The translations under genes were made by a program, and so were the position numbers. Of a stretch of 64,000 nucleotides of DNA, positions 45,580-54,351 are shown one piece after another. The stretch spans positions 12,252 through 76,251 of the forward strand of contig CAYGFK010000003.1 of the NCBI GenBank assembly GCA_964349135.1, written 5' to 3'. The DNA comes from an uncultured Candidatus Saccharibacteria bacterium (lineage in GTDB: Bacteria; Patescibacteriota; Minisyncoccia; Phycocordibacterales; DSPV01). The first letter of the stretch is position 1, and each line of letters opens with the position of its first letter. The notes beneath the pieces were generated by a model that was not told the origin of the DNA, did not search any database, and saw only the letters and a program-made list of their open reading frames with translations.

Positions 45580-47811
45580 ATGAAGGTCAACACTTATCTC
45601 GCACATGCGATTGTCTCCGGACTTTTTCTGTCGCTTTTAATTCCGTTTATCGTGACCGCCGATTTCTTCTTCCCGTTCATTACCGGGAAGAATTTCGCGT
45701 TCCGTATTCTGACAGAGCTTGTATTCGGTGCATGGCTTATCCTCGCGCTTCGGGACGTCCGATTCCGCCCCCGCTTCTCATGGCTTAGTGTCGCCATCGC
45801 TCTATTCGTGGTTGTTATTGGTATTGCCAATGCTTTCTCGCCAAATCCTGCAAAGAGCTTTTGGTCAAACTTTGAGCGGATGGAAGGGTATGTCACTCTA
45901 CTGCATCTTTTTGCGTACTTTCTCGTAGCTTCGTCGGTGTTATGTGGTGAAAAATTGTGGTTATGGATGTTGCGAATGTCCGTGACTTCAAGCGTCATCA
46001 TGGGCATTTTCGGCCTCTTTCAACTCGCCGGTAAAATCACGATAAATCAGGGCGGGGTTCGTCTTGATGGCATGCTCGGGAATGCGTCGTATCTCGCGGC
46101 GTTCATGCTTATCAATTTCTTTATCGCCCTGTTTTTGCTTGTTCGTTCACGAAAGGTCCCGATTTGGAAATGGATTTTAATTCCAGCGATGGTTTTACAG
46201 CTCGTCATTCTCTATCACACGGCGACACGTGGTGCCATTCTCGGTCTTATCGGCGGGTTGTTTATCTCATCAATCGTTCTTCTTTTTGCATCGAAAGAAA
46301 AGAAATCGCGTCTTATTGGAGCAAGTGTTGCTGGTTTGCTTGTGCTTGTGAGTGTGCTGGCGATGAGCTTGAAGGACAGTGATTTCGTAAAGAATCAACC
46401 CTCGCTTACTCGTCTTACCTCGATTTCCCGAAGTGAGGCCGGACCTCGTTTTATGGTGTGGAATATGGCGTGGCAGGGATTCAAAGAACGACCGGTATTC
46501 GGATGGGGACAGGAGAGTTTCAACTATGTGTTCAATAAATATTATGACCCGGGGATGTATGCTCAGGAACAATGGTTTGACCGGACTCACAATGTCATTT
46601 TCGACTGGCTAGTCGCCGGTGGAGCACTTGGTCTGCTCGGGTACCTCTCAATTCTCTTTTTCGCGCTCTACTATATATGGAAGCAGGGGTACGAGCAGTA
46701 TTCGCTCTCGAAGTGTCTCAAAGAGTTTTTCTCTTTTAGGAGAGGCGAAGGGATTCCGCATTTACCTGAAAAAGCTTTGTTGACGGGGTTGCTGGCAGGG
46801 TATGTCTTCCAAAACCTATTCGTATTCGACAATCTGACAAGTTATACGCTCTTCTTTATGCTCCTGGCGTACATACACACGATGTCCGGCCGAGAAATAA
46901 AAGCACTGAATAATCCTGAGGTTCCAGAACAGACCACGGTCAATCGCGTCTTGGTCCCAATCGTCGCGGTGATGACGGTGTTCGTAGTTTACGCGATGAA
47001 TGTACCAGCTATGAAGGCGTCCGCGGCACTTATCGATGCGCTTCGAGCGTATCCTGAGGGAGTTTCGAAGAATCTCGAAAAATTCAAAGAAGCGTTGGCA
47101 TACGATTCGTTTGCCGATTCTGAGATTCGAGAGCAGCTTACCTCGGCGACTATCACCGCGATTTATTCACAACAGGTAGCGCTTGACCTCAAACAGAAGT
47201 TTTTCGACCTGACTAAAAGCGAACTTGATAAGCAGATTAAAGAAGCGCCCGAAGATGCGCGCTACCGTATTTTCTACGGCTCGTTCCTCAATCGCACCGG
47301 AAATGTTGATGAAGCTATTGTGCAGGTGGAGAAAGCAATCGAACTGTCTCCAAAGAAACAGACGATGCTCTTTGAACTCGGGTCGGCGTATCTGAATAAG
47401 GGTGACCTTGAGAAGGCGTTTGAAACAATGCGTCATGCGTTCGAGCTCGATGAGCGTTTTTCTGAAGCGAGAGTGGTGTACGCGGTCACGGCTATCTATG
47501 CAAGCAAGTTTGATGTTGTTCAAGAGTTGCTCGAACCGCTCTCAGGTATGTCGCATGCGTATGACGACCGACTCGTCCAGGCCTACAATGCCGTCGGGAA
47601 GAAAGAGGAGGCAATTGCCTTGCTTGAACAGAGAGTAGAGGGAAATCCGAACGATTCACAAGCCCGCTTCTCGCTCGCATCGGCATATCTTGATTCCGGC
47701 TATCGAACCAAGGCCGTGAGTGTGCTTGCTACCATCTCAGCTGATTTTCCTGATAGCCGTGAGCAGGCAGACTACTACATCCAAGAAATTAGGGCAGGAC
47801 GAAATCCATAA
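45580..47811 (+). CDS. O-antigen ligase/polymerase (Wzy_C)-like polytopic membrane protein fused to C-terminal TPR repeats
   Basis: About 12 TM helices in the first 430 aa; the C-terminal 300 aa is TPR-like (AYLNKGDLEKAFETMRHAFELD...). Confidence 0.6.
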   Translation: MKVNTYLAHAIVSGLFLSLLIPFIVTADFFFPFITGKNFAFRILTELVFGAWLILALRDVRFRPRFSWLSVAIALFVVVIGIANAFSPNPAKSFWSNFERMEGYVTLLHLFAYFLVASSVLCGEKLWLWMLRMSVTSSVIMGIFGLFQLAGKITINQGGVRLDGMLGNASYLAAFMLINFFIALFLLVRSRKVPIWKWILIPAMVLQLVILYHTATRGAILGLIGGLFISSIVLLFASKEKKSRLIGASVAGLLVLVSVLAMSLKDSDFVKNQPSLTRLTSISRSEAGPRFMVWNMAWQGFKERPVFGWGQESFNYVFNKYYDPGMYAQEQWFDRTHNVIFDWLVAGGALGLLGYLSILFFALYYIWKQGYEQYSLSKCLKEFFSFRRGEGIPHLPEKALLTGLLAGYVFQNLFVFDNLTSYTLFFMLLAYIHTMSGREIKALNNPEVPEQTTVNRVLVPIVAVMTVFVVYAMNVPAMKASAALIDALRAYPEGVSKNLEKFKEALAYDSFADSEIREQLTSATITAIYSQQVALDLKQKFFDLTKSELDKQIKEAPEDARYRIFYGSFLNRTGNVDEAIVQVEKAIELSPKKQTMLFELGSAYLNKGDLEKAFETMRHAFELDERFSEARVVYAVTAIYASKFDVVQELLEPLSGMSHAYDDRLVQAYNAVGKKEEAIALLEQRVEGNPNDSQARFSLASAYLDSGYRTKAVSVLATISADFPDSREQADYYIQEIRAGRNP

Positions 47812-47890
47812 TCGTGATGAGCCAAGGCTATTTCTTGAGTCTTCTCACTTCATAAGACGACGTGGTAGATAAATAAGATTGGTAATGCGA

Positions 47891-47926
47891 GATGCTCTCT
47901 TTACGCGACCGCGTAAAGAGAGCATC
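47891..47926 (+). terminator. Long perfect hairpin (15-17 bp stem)
   Basis: GATGCTCTCTTTACGCG / CGCGTAAAGAGAGCATC inverted repeat. Weak U-tract. Confidence 0.45.
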
Positions 47927-47928
47927 TA

Positions 47929-47956
47929 TTGACTAATATCAGAATTGTGATATAGT
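47929..47956 (+). promoter_or_regulatory. Promoter TTGACT-16-TATAGT for gene 48013
   Basis: Consensus-like hexamers. AAAGGAGG Shine-Dalgarno at the optimal distance before ATG 48013. Confidence 0.5.
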
Positions 47957-48012
47957 GTAGTTCGTTTAGTTTTGAACATTGTCATTAACCTCAACTAGAA
48001 AGGAGGCCAGAA

Positions 48013-49137
48013 ATGGCCAAGAAAATACTCATTGTTACGAAGGATAAAATGGAGTTTCAGATGTATGACCCTGTTGCCCGTGGCCTTGAAAGTCACGGAT
48101 ATGAAGTCATCGTAGTGGCTGAAGGGCTTTCCATGGAAATGTGGGTGAAGTCCGGACGTCGAATCTTGGGCGGATTGCCAAAGGAGGGGGATTTTGACCC
48201 CAACACCAAGGTGCGCACCGACATTGGTTCGCATGAGGCGCTCTCGCTATTAAAGCCGGATATTGTGATGACCGGTCTCGGTCATCCGATTCATCTCGGT
48301 GAGAAGTTTGGCCTTGCGGCAAACAGCGCTCGCACAAAACTCGGCTATGTCGAGGACTTGTGGGGCGTACATAATCGCTCAATGGCAATGCCACAGTTCG
48401 TCTGCGCGACCGATGACTACGGCATGAAGCAAATTCGTGGCTGTACACGCTATACGAATGCGTTACTGGGTGATGAGTACGACCATCTGTATCAAAATCG
48501 TTCGCCAAAAGTGTACGTTACCGGCTCTCCGGCGATGGATGCACTCCAACGTGTAGTCCCTGATCCGGAGACTAAATTGATTATCGGGAGGAATTACACC
48601 AATTCACGCGTAATCCTTATTGGTGGGCAGGATGAAAGTACGACACCGCTTATACAGGGTCTCGTCGAGGCATCACGCAAGCATGAAGGGTGGCTTATCA
48701 TTCCACGTTTCCACCCGAAGTGGGTGTCGGACCCATCAAAGACGGCAATTCGCGACGAGTGGATTACGTGTCTCTATCAGATGGAGCGTTCTCATCGCGT
48801 GTTGTGGACGCCACCATCAATCGACATGCGTTCGCTCATGCTCCTTGCGGATGAGGTTATCAGTATCTACTCGAATTGTCTTATCGAAGCCGTAGCGCTC
48901 GGGGCCGTACCCATCAGCTGGACGTCTGACATTGGCAGACAGAAGATGGAGGAAGGTCTCGGGGTCACGACCTTTCCGTCTGTGACGCTTGGCGCCGCGC
49001 GTGAGGTGAGAACTCCCGAAGAGTACCTCTCTTTAGGGTCGTTCTCTTTTGGTCGGGAACAAGCAAGAGAGAAACTTGGTCTTGATGGGCATGCGACCAA
49101 GCGAGTGGTCGGCGCCATCATGCAAGAGCTTGGGTAG
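48013..49137 (+). CDS. Hypothetical protein, possibly a GT-B-fold sugar transferase/epimerase-like enzyme
   Basis: Strong promoter, Shine-Dalgarno and terminator; no motif confidently recognised. Confidence 0.5.
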   Translation: MAKKILIVTKDKMEFQMYDPVARGLESHGYEVIVVAEGLSMEMWVKSGRRILGGLPKEGDFDPNTKVRTDIGSHEALSLLKPDIVMTGLGHPIHLGEKFGLAANSARTKLGYVEDLWGVHNRSMAMPQFVCATDDYGMKQIRGCTRYTNALLGDEYDHLYQNRSPKVYVTGSPAMDALQRVVPDPETKLIIGRNYTNSRVILIGGQDESTTPLIQGLVEASRKHEGWLIIPRFHPKWVSDPSKTAIRDEWITCLYQMERSHRVLWTPPSIDMRSLMLLADEVISIYSNCLIEAVALGAVPISWTSDIGRQKMEEGLGVTTFPSVTLGAAREVRTPEEYLSLGSFSFGREQAREKLGLDGHATKRVVGAIMQELG

Positions 49138-49150
49138 GGCTCTGATTACA

Positions 49151-49183
49151 CGCGCCGTTCCGATTTCGGAACGGCGCTTTCTT
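49151..49183 (+). terminator. Rho-independent terminator
   Basis: 12-bp stem GCGCCGTTCCGA/TCGGAACGGCGC followed by TTTCTT. Confidence 0.7.
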
Positions 49184-49192
49184 AGTAAATAC

Positions 49193-49220
49193 TTGACAAA
49201 AATCTCATTTTGAGTAATAT
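49193..49220 (+). promoter_or_regulatory. Promoter TTGACA-16-TAATAT
   Basis: Consensus -35 and a near-consensus -10; drives the short terminated transcript annotated next. Confidence 0.5.
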
Positions 49221-49226
49221 AACTTT

Positions 49227-49292
49227 GTGAGTGCTAGTGAAAGCTAGCTCAAACGAATGTCTGCAAGAAACCCCCGTTTGGGGGTTTTTTGT
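49227..49292 (+). ncRNA. Candidate small RNA of about 66 nt (two hairpins, intrinsic terminator)
   Basis: Bounded by the consensus promoter (49193-49220) and a terminator AAACCCCC-GTTT-GGGGG-UUUUUU (49268-49294). Internal hairpin GCUAG-UGAAA-GCUAGC. No Shine-Dalgarno and no convincing ORF. Confidence 0.4.
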
Positions 49293-49435
49293 TTGGCGTC
49301 ACCTTTACCTTAGTTGTACTTGGGCTCTTGCCCTATATAATAGAGAGTGATTGTGTCGCTTTATGACCGGTGGCTGCACTCATTTAAGACATTTGTTTTT
49401 GGAGCTCGCCCCGCCGGTCATACAACGACAGAATC

Positions 49436-50455
49436 ATGAAAATCGATAAAAATACTCCTCTGGCTCCCTTTACGACCTTTAATGTTGGTGGTAGGGCTGA
49501 TTATTTTTGCATCGCTCGTTCTTATGCTGACATTGAGAAGGCGGTAGCTTTTGCCAAGGAGAAGGGAATTCCCATTCTTCCACTTGGAGAAGGTTCAAAT
49601 ATACTTGTCAGTGACGAAGGGTTCCGTGGGCTTGTGATGAAAGTCGAGCTTTATGGTGTTGAAACAAGAGAACGTGCCGATGAAATTGAGGTAGTTGCCG
49701 GGGCAGGAGAGGTTTGGGACGACCTTGTTGCTCTTTGCGTCGAGAAAGGATTTTTTGGGCTCGAAAATCTCTCCGGCATTCCGGGAACCGTTGGAGCTGC
49801 GCCGATACAAAACATTGGGGCGTATGGAAAAGAGGTTTCGTCATGTGTCGCATGGGTTGAGGTTATTGATATGACAGACGGAAAGACGCGTACGCTTACT
49901 GGTGATGAGTGTGAGTTTGGTTATCGAGATAGTATTTTTAAGAGAGAGAAAGGAAAGAATTTCTTTGTGGCACGGGTTGCATTTCGTCTCTCGAAGGAAC
50001 CGGTGGTGGACCTTTCATACCGGGATGTGCGCGAGTTTTTTGATGCACAGCGTGTCAAAAATCCAACACCGCGCGAGGTGCGTATGGCTGTGCTTGAAAT
50101 TCGGAGCAGAAAATTTCCCGACCTTGAGTTGGTGGGGACCGCGGGTTCGTTTTTCAAGAATCCTGTGATAGATAAAGCGCACTTTGAGTCGCTACAGAAG
50201 AAATATCCCGATATCAAAGGGTTTTCCACTCCTTCAGGGGAAGTAAAGGTGTCGCTTGCGTGGGTTATTGAACACGTTTGTCATATGAAAAGCGCGCGTG
50301 TAGGCGATGCAGGACTCGCGCCGAATCAATCGCTCGTTGTGTGTAATTTTGGTAACGCGACCGCGCGTGATATTCGTATGCTCGCAGAAAAGATTGTTAC
50401 ATCAGTGAAAGAAAAAACAAATATCGATATTGTTCCCGAAGTTCGTCATGTGTAG
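49436..50455 (+). CDS. murB: UDP-N-acetylenolpyruvoylglucosamine reductase
   Basis: NTPLAPFTTFNVGG.A.YF......ADIEKAVAFAKEKGIPILPLGEGSNILVSDEGF. Confidence 0.85.
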   Translation: MKIDKNTPLAPFTTFNVGGRADYFCIARSYADIEKAVAFAKEKGIPILPLGEGSNILVSDEGFRGLVMKVELYGVETRERADEIEVVAGAGEVWDDLVALCVEKGFFGLENLSGIPGTVGAAPIQNIGAYGKEVSSCVAWVEVIDMTDGKTRTLTGDECEFGYRDSIFKREKGKNFFVARVAFRLSKEPVVDLSYRDVREFFDAQRVKNPTPREVRMAVLEIRSRKFPDLELVGTAGSFFKNPVIDKAHFESLQKKYPDIKGFSTPSGEVKVSLAWVIEHVCHMKSARVGDAGLAPNQSLVVCNFGNATARDIRMLAEKIVTSVKEKTNIDIVPEVRHV

Positions 50456-50678
50456 CGCACAAAAGATTTTTTTGAAGAAAAAAGTTTTCCACAGTTTTGT
50501 CTGAAAAAATATTGTATTCATTCCTGTGGGTATCATAATTACATAAGGAATAGCGACGACGCGCATTAAAATCTTTTCAATTTGATTTTAGTTAGACGGT
50601 CGATAACGTCTCGCTCCGCTTTAAAAGGGAAACGTATTTTTGCACAAGGCGCGTTTACGCGTCCATGCACTCAAAAAA

Positions 50679-50762
50679 ATGGCAAAGAAAAAGAAGGCAC
50701 GCAAGACAAAGAAGGCCAAGAAGACAACGAAGAAGCGCAAGACTTCGCGCCGCCGCGCATAG
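50679..50762 (+). CDS. Candidate 27-aa lysine/arginine-rich micro-protein (MAKKKKARKTKKAKKTTKKRKTSRRRA)
   Basis: ATG..TAG ORF immediately followed by a palindrome and an intrinsic terminator (50802-50828). No Shine-Dalgarno. Below the ORF-track size cut-off. Confidence 0.25.
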   Translation: MAKKKKARKTKKAKKTTKKRKTSRRRA

Positions 50763-50801
50763 TGGCAGCGCTGTCGTACGACAGCACTCTTTGTTTGAAA
50801 A

Positions 50802-50828
50802 GGACCCGCTTCGCGGGCCCTTTTCTTT
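50802..50828 (+). terminator. Rho-independent terminator upstream of secA
   Basis: GGACCCG-CTTCG-CGGGCCC followed by TTTTCTTT. Preceded by the palindrome GCTGTCGTACGACAGC (50769-50784). Confidence 0.55.
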
Positions 50829-50866
50829 ATCGCGAAGAACGCATTTTATGCTACAATGGCGCCATT

Positions 50867-53332
50867 ATGTCATTGTTTAGCCGTATATTTGGAGATGAAA
50901 ACGAGAAGGCCGTGCAGGCACTCGCTCCTTTTGTGAGCAAGATAAATGAGCTTGAGCCGGCCATGCAAAAACTCTCATCGGAAGCTCTTGTGGCGAAGAC
51001 TGCCGAATTCAAGAGCCGAATTGAGCAAGGGGAGACACTCGACGATTTGCTCCCTGAGGCATTTGCCCTTGTGCGTGAAGGGGCGGTACGCACGCTCGGT
51101 CAGCGACATTTCGACGTACAACTCATTGGCGGTATGGTACTCCATCAAAACAAGATAGCTGAGATGAAAACCGGAGAAGGTAAGACGCTCGTCGCAACGC
51201 TATCGGTTTATTTGAATGCGCTTGCGGGGAAGGGAGTGCATGTGGTGACCGTCAATGATTATCTCTCGCGACGCGATGCGGTGTGGATGGGGCAAGTCTA
51301 TCACGCGCTCGGGCTTTCGGTTGCCGTTATCAATCACGACGCTTCGTATCGATATGACCCGGCGCACAAAGAGCTTGATGAAAAGCGGGACGAAGTTGGC
51401 GCGTTTCGTGTGGTGTATGAATTTCTTCGTCCATGCACACGACGTGACGCGTACGAGGCGGATATTACGTACGGCACGAATAGCGAATTTGGCTTCGACT
51501 ACCTCCGAGACAATCTCGAATATGAAGAGAAGGCGCTTCGACAGAGGCCGTTCTACTATGCGGTGGTGGACGAAATAGACTCCATCCTTATCGACGAGGC
51601 GCGTACGCCACTCATCATTTCGGCGATGACGTCAGAGTCGGAAGACCTCTATAAGACCTTTGCAGGAATCGTCCGTGATTATGCCGAAGATACCGATTAT
51701 GAAGTCGACCGGAAGCTTCACGCGGTTACGCTCACCGATTCTGGTATTGCGAAAGCGGAACAGCGTCTTGGTATCGAAAACATTTACACGGATAAAGGCA
51801 TCAAGTACGTGCACCATTTGGAGACAGCCGTTCGCGCGAAAGCTCTTTTTACGCGAGACAAGGAGTATGTGGTGCGCGGCGACGAAGTGGTTATTGTCGA
51901 TTCATTCACTGGCCGATTACAGCCCGGGCGCAGGTGGTCGGAGGGTTTGCACCAGGCCATAGAAGCAAAAGAGGGAGTCGTGATTCAAAAAGAATCGAGA
52001 ACGTTCGCATCGATTACCTATCAGAACTATTTCCGTCTCTATAAAAAGCTTGGCGGGATGACCGGAACCGCACTTACGTCGAAAGAAGAGTTTTTCAAAG
52101 TGTATGGGCTCGATGTCGTTGCGGTTCCTACGAACAAGCAGATTTCACGAAAAGATGAAAATGACCTCATTTTTCAGAGCGAAAAAGGAAAGTTTACGGC
52201 CGTTGCCCGAAAGGTGAAAGAGCTTCATCAGAAAGGTCAGCCAGTGCTTGTTGGTACGGTTTCAATTGAGAAGAACGAAGTACTGTCAGAGTATCTTAAG
52301 CGAGAAGGCGTGCCTCACGAAGTGCTCAACGCGAAAAATCACGAACGTGAAGGAGAGATTATCGCGCAGGCCGGACGTAAAGGGAGCGTAACGATTGCAA
52401 CCAACATGGCCGGTCGCGGTGTCGATATTAAACTCGGTGGAAACCCAGCCACCGATGAGAATTACCGTGCCGTCAAGGAGTGCGGAGGCCTTTTTGTTCT
52501 TGGTACGGAACGGCATGAGGCGCGACGAATTGATAACCAGCTTCGAGGTCGTTCGGGACGTCAGGGTGACCCGGGTGAGACGCAATTTTTCGTCTCGCTT
52601 GAAGATGACCTCATGCGCGTGTTTCCTCGCGATACGATGAAAGCGATGCTAAGTAAGCTTGGGGTTGCCGAAGACGAGCCAATCGAAAATCGAATGATTA
52701 CCCGCTCCCTTGAGACAGCACAGAGGAAGATAGAAGGGTTCAATTTTGATGCCCGCAAACACGTGCTTGAGTATGACGATGTTTTGAATCATCAGCGAAA
52801 AACTATTTACGAACGCCGTCGTGCAGTACTCATGGGGGATACTACGGCGATAGATGCGTATCTGGAGCGTATTTCCGGAGGCGATGAGGAAGCTCGTACG
52901 ATTATCGCGAACAAGAAAAAAGAACTTGGCGATACGGAGTTTTATACGGTCATGAAGCGACTTATTTTGCAGGCCGTAGATATGTTTTGGGTTGACCATC
53001 TCGAGATGATGGACTATATGCGCGGGAGTGTAAATTTGCGCGCGTACGGTCAGCGTGACCCGCTCGTTGAATATAAAAAAGAAGGATTGAAGCTCTTCAA
53101 GGAAATGGAGCTGGCCATTGGCGCACAGATATTGAAAATTGTACCGAGCATTGTGCCCGGCGCTTTTGCCGCGCGAGACCAAGAAATGGAACAGGTGCGT
53201 CGTAAGGCCGCTGAGATAACGGCTCGAAATGCGGGCAATATCAAAATTGGTACCGACAAAAAAGAACCGGGCCGTAATGACCCTTGCCCGTGCGGAAGCG
53301 GGAAGAAGTATAAAAAATGCCACGGGGCGTAA
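50867..53332 (+). CDS. secA: Preprotein translocase ATPase SecA
   Basis: MSLFSRIFGDENEK...; DEAD-like motor motifs; C-terminal zinc-binding CPCGSGKKYKKCHG. The ORF track begins at 50582, but the conserved N-terminus starts at ATG 50867, preceded by TGcTACAAT. Confidence 0.9.
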   Translation: MSLFSRIFGDENEKAVQALAPFVSKINELEPAMQKLSSEALVAKTAEFKSRIEQGETLDDLLPEAFALVREGAVRTLGQRHFDVQLIGGMVLHQNKIAEMKTGEGKTLVATLSVYLNALAGKGVHVVTVNDYLSRRDAVWMGQVYHALGLSVAVINHDASYRYDPAHKELDEKRDEVGAFRVVYEFLRPCTRRDAYEADITYGTNSEFGFDYLRDNLEYEEKALRQRPFYYAVVDEIDSILIDEARTPLIISAMTSESEDLYKTFAGIVRDYAEDTDYEVDRKLHAVTLTDSGIAKAEQRLGIENIYTDKGIKYVHHLETAVRAKALFTRDKEYVVRGDEVVIVDSFTGRLQPGRRWSEGLHQAIEAKEGVVIQKESRTFASITYQNYFRLYKKLGGMTGTALTSKEEFFKVYGLDVVAVPTNKQISRKDENDLIFQSEKGKFTAVARKVKELHQKGQPVLVGTVSIEKNEVLSEYLKREGVPHEVLNAKNHEREGEIIAQAGRKGSVTIATNMAGRGVDIKLGGNPATDENYRAVKECGGLFVLGTERHEARRIDNQLRGRSGRQGDPGETQFFVSLEDDLMRVFPRDTMKAMLSKLGVAEDEPIENRMITRSLETAQRKIEGFNFDARKHVLEYDDVLNHQRKTIYERRRAVLMGDTTAIDAYLERISGGDEEARTIIANKKKELGDTEFYTVMKRLILQAVDMFWVDHLEMMDYMRGSVNLRAYGQRDPLVEYKKEGLKLFKEMELAIGAQILKIVPSIVPGAFAARDQEMEQVRRKAAEITARNAGNIKIGTDKKEPGRNDPCPCGSGKKYKKCHGA

Positions 53333-53355
53333 GGCGTGTTCGCATTTGAAAATAG

Positions 53356-53853
53356 TTGCGAACCGTAGAATCAAGTATGACTCAAGAAAAGAGAAAAATA
53401 CTTACGCTTTGCATCATCCTTCGTGACCCGCATATCTTGCTCGGTATGAAAAAGCGCGGGTTTGGTGCTGGCCGATGGAACGGGTTTGGCGGGCATGTTG
53501 AGAAAGATGAGGAAATAAGAGATGCTGCGGTTCGTGAGGTGCATGAGGAGGCGGGAATTGAGGTTGTGGACATGGAGAAACACGGTGTTATAGAATTCTC
53601 TTGGGAGAGCCGGCCGGACGTTCTCGAAGTACATGTTTTTCGCGCAACCGACTTTAGAGGGGAACCTGCGGAGAGCGATGAGATGCGACCTGAATGGTTT
53701 CATGTACACGATATACCATTTGATGATATGTGGTCCGATGACAGGCACTGGCTCCCGCTCCTGCTTGAGGGAAAACGGTTTACGGCAGAGTTTTTATTTG
53801 ATGATAGTGACCGAGTCGTATCGCATTCAATTCGCGTAACGGACCAGGTATGA
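53356..53853 (+). CDS. Nudix hydrolase (MutT-like)
   Basis: Nudix box GGHVEKDEEIRDAAVREVHEEAGI. Confidence 0.7.
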   Translation: MRTVESSMTQEKRKILTLCIILRDPHILLGMKKRGFGAGRWNGFGGHVEKDEEIRDAAVREVHEEAGIEVVDMEKHGVIEFSWESRPDVLEVHVFRATDFRGEPAESDEMRPEWFHVHDIPFDDMWSDDRHWLPLLLEGKRFTAEFLFDDSDRVVSHSIRVTDQV

Positions 53854-54326
53854 AAAAGAAAGAAAAAATCATTGTGGCGGTGAGCGGGGGTTTCGACCCG
53901 GTGCATATCGGGCATATCCGCATGTTCGAGGAAGCAAAAGCGCTCGGCGACGAGCTTGTGGTGATTCTCAATAATGATAATTGGCTTCGTAAGAAAAAGG
54001 GGAAAGAATTTATGAGCGAATCGGAACGAAAAGAAATTCTCGAATCTCTAAGAGTGGTTGACCGTGTTTACCTCACCGGTCACGCCGAAGGCGTAGATGA
54101 TATGAGTGTATGTGACACTCTTAAAGAATTGAAGCCACATATTTTTGCAAATGGCGGTGACCGCAAACCTGATGGGGACCCGGTTCCTGAAGTCGAGACC
54201 TGTGAGAAGCTTGGCATCAAAATGGTTTATAACGTGGGACATGGCGGAAAAGTACAATCGAGCTCATGGCTCCTTGATACGTATGCCACTCACAAAAGTA
54301 AGAAAAAGCGACATTTGAGGAAGTAG
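53850..54326 (+). CDS. Cytidylyl-/adenylyltransferase-like nucleotidyltransferase (RfaE domain II / HldC-like)
   Basis: HxGH motif GGFDPVHIGH and a KPHIFANGGDRKPDG region; overlaps the Nudix gene by 4 nt. Confidence 0.55.
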   Translation: MKKKEKIIVAVSGGFDPVHIGHIRMFEEAKALGDELVVILNNDNWLRKKKGKEFMSESERKEILESLRVVDRVYLTGHAEGVDDMSVCDTLKELKPHIFANGGDRKPDGDPVPEVETCEKLGIKMVYNVGHGGKVQSSSWLLDTYATHKSKKKRHLRK

Positions 54327-54351
54327 ACACTTTCCTTTATAGTAGGAGGTT

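Noticed and set aside
49257-49313. 18-codon ORF (MSARNPRLGVFCLASPLP) inside the candidate small RNA
   Set aside because: No ribosome-binding site; it runs through the terminator hairpin; more parsimonious as non-coding.
52649-53374. 241-aa minus-strand ORF
   Set aside because: Antisense to the 3' end of secA; no support.
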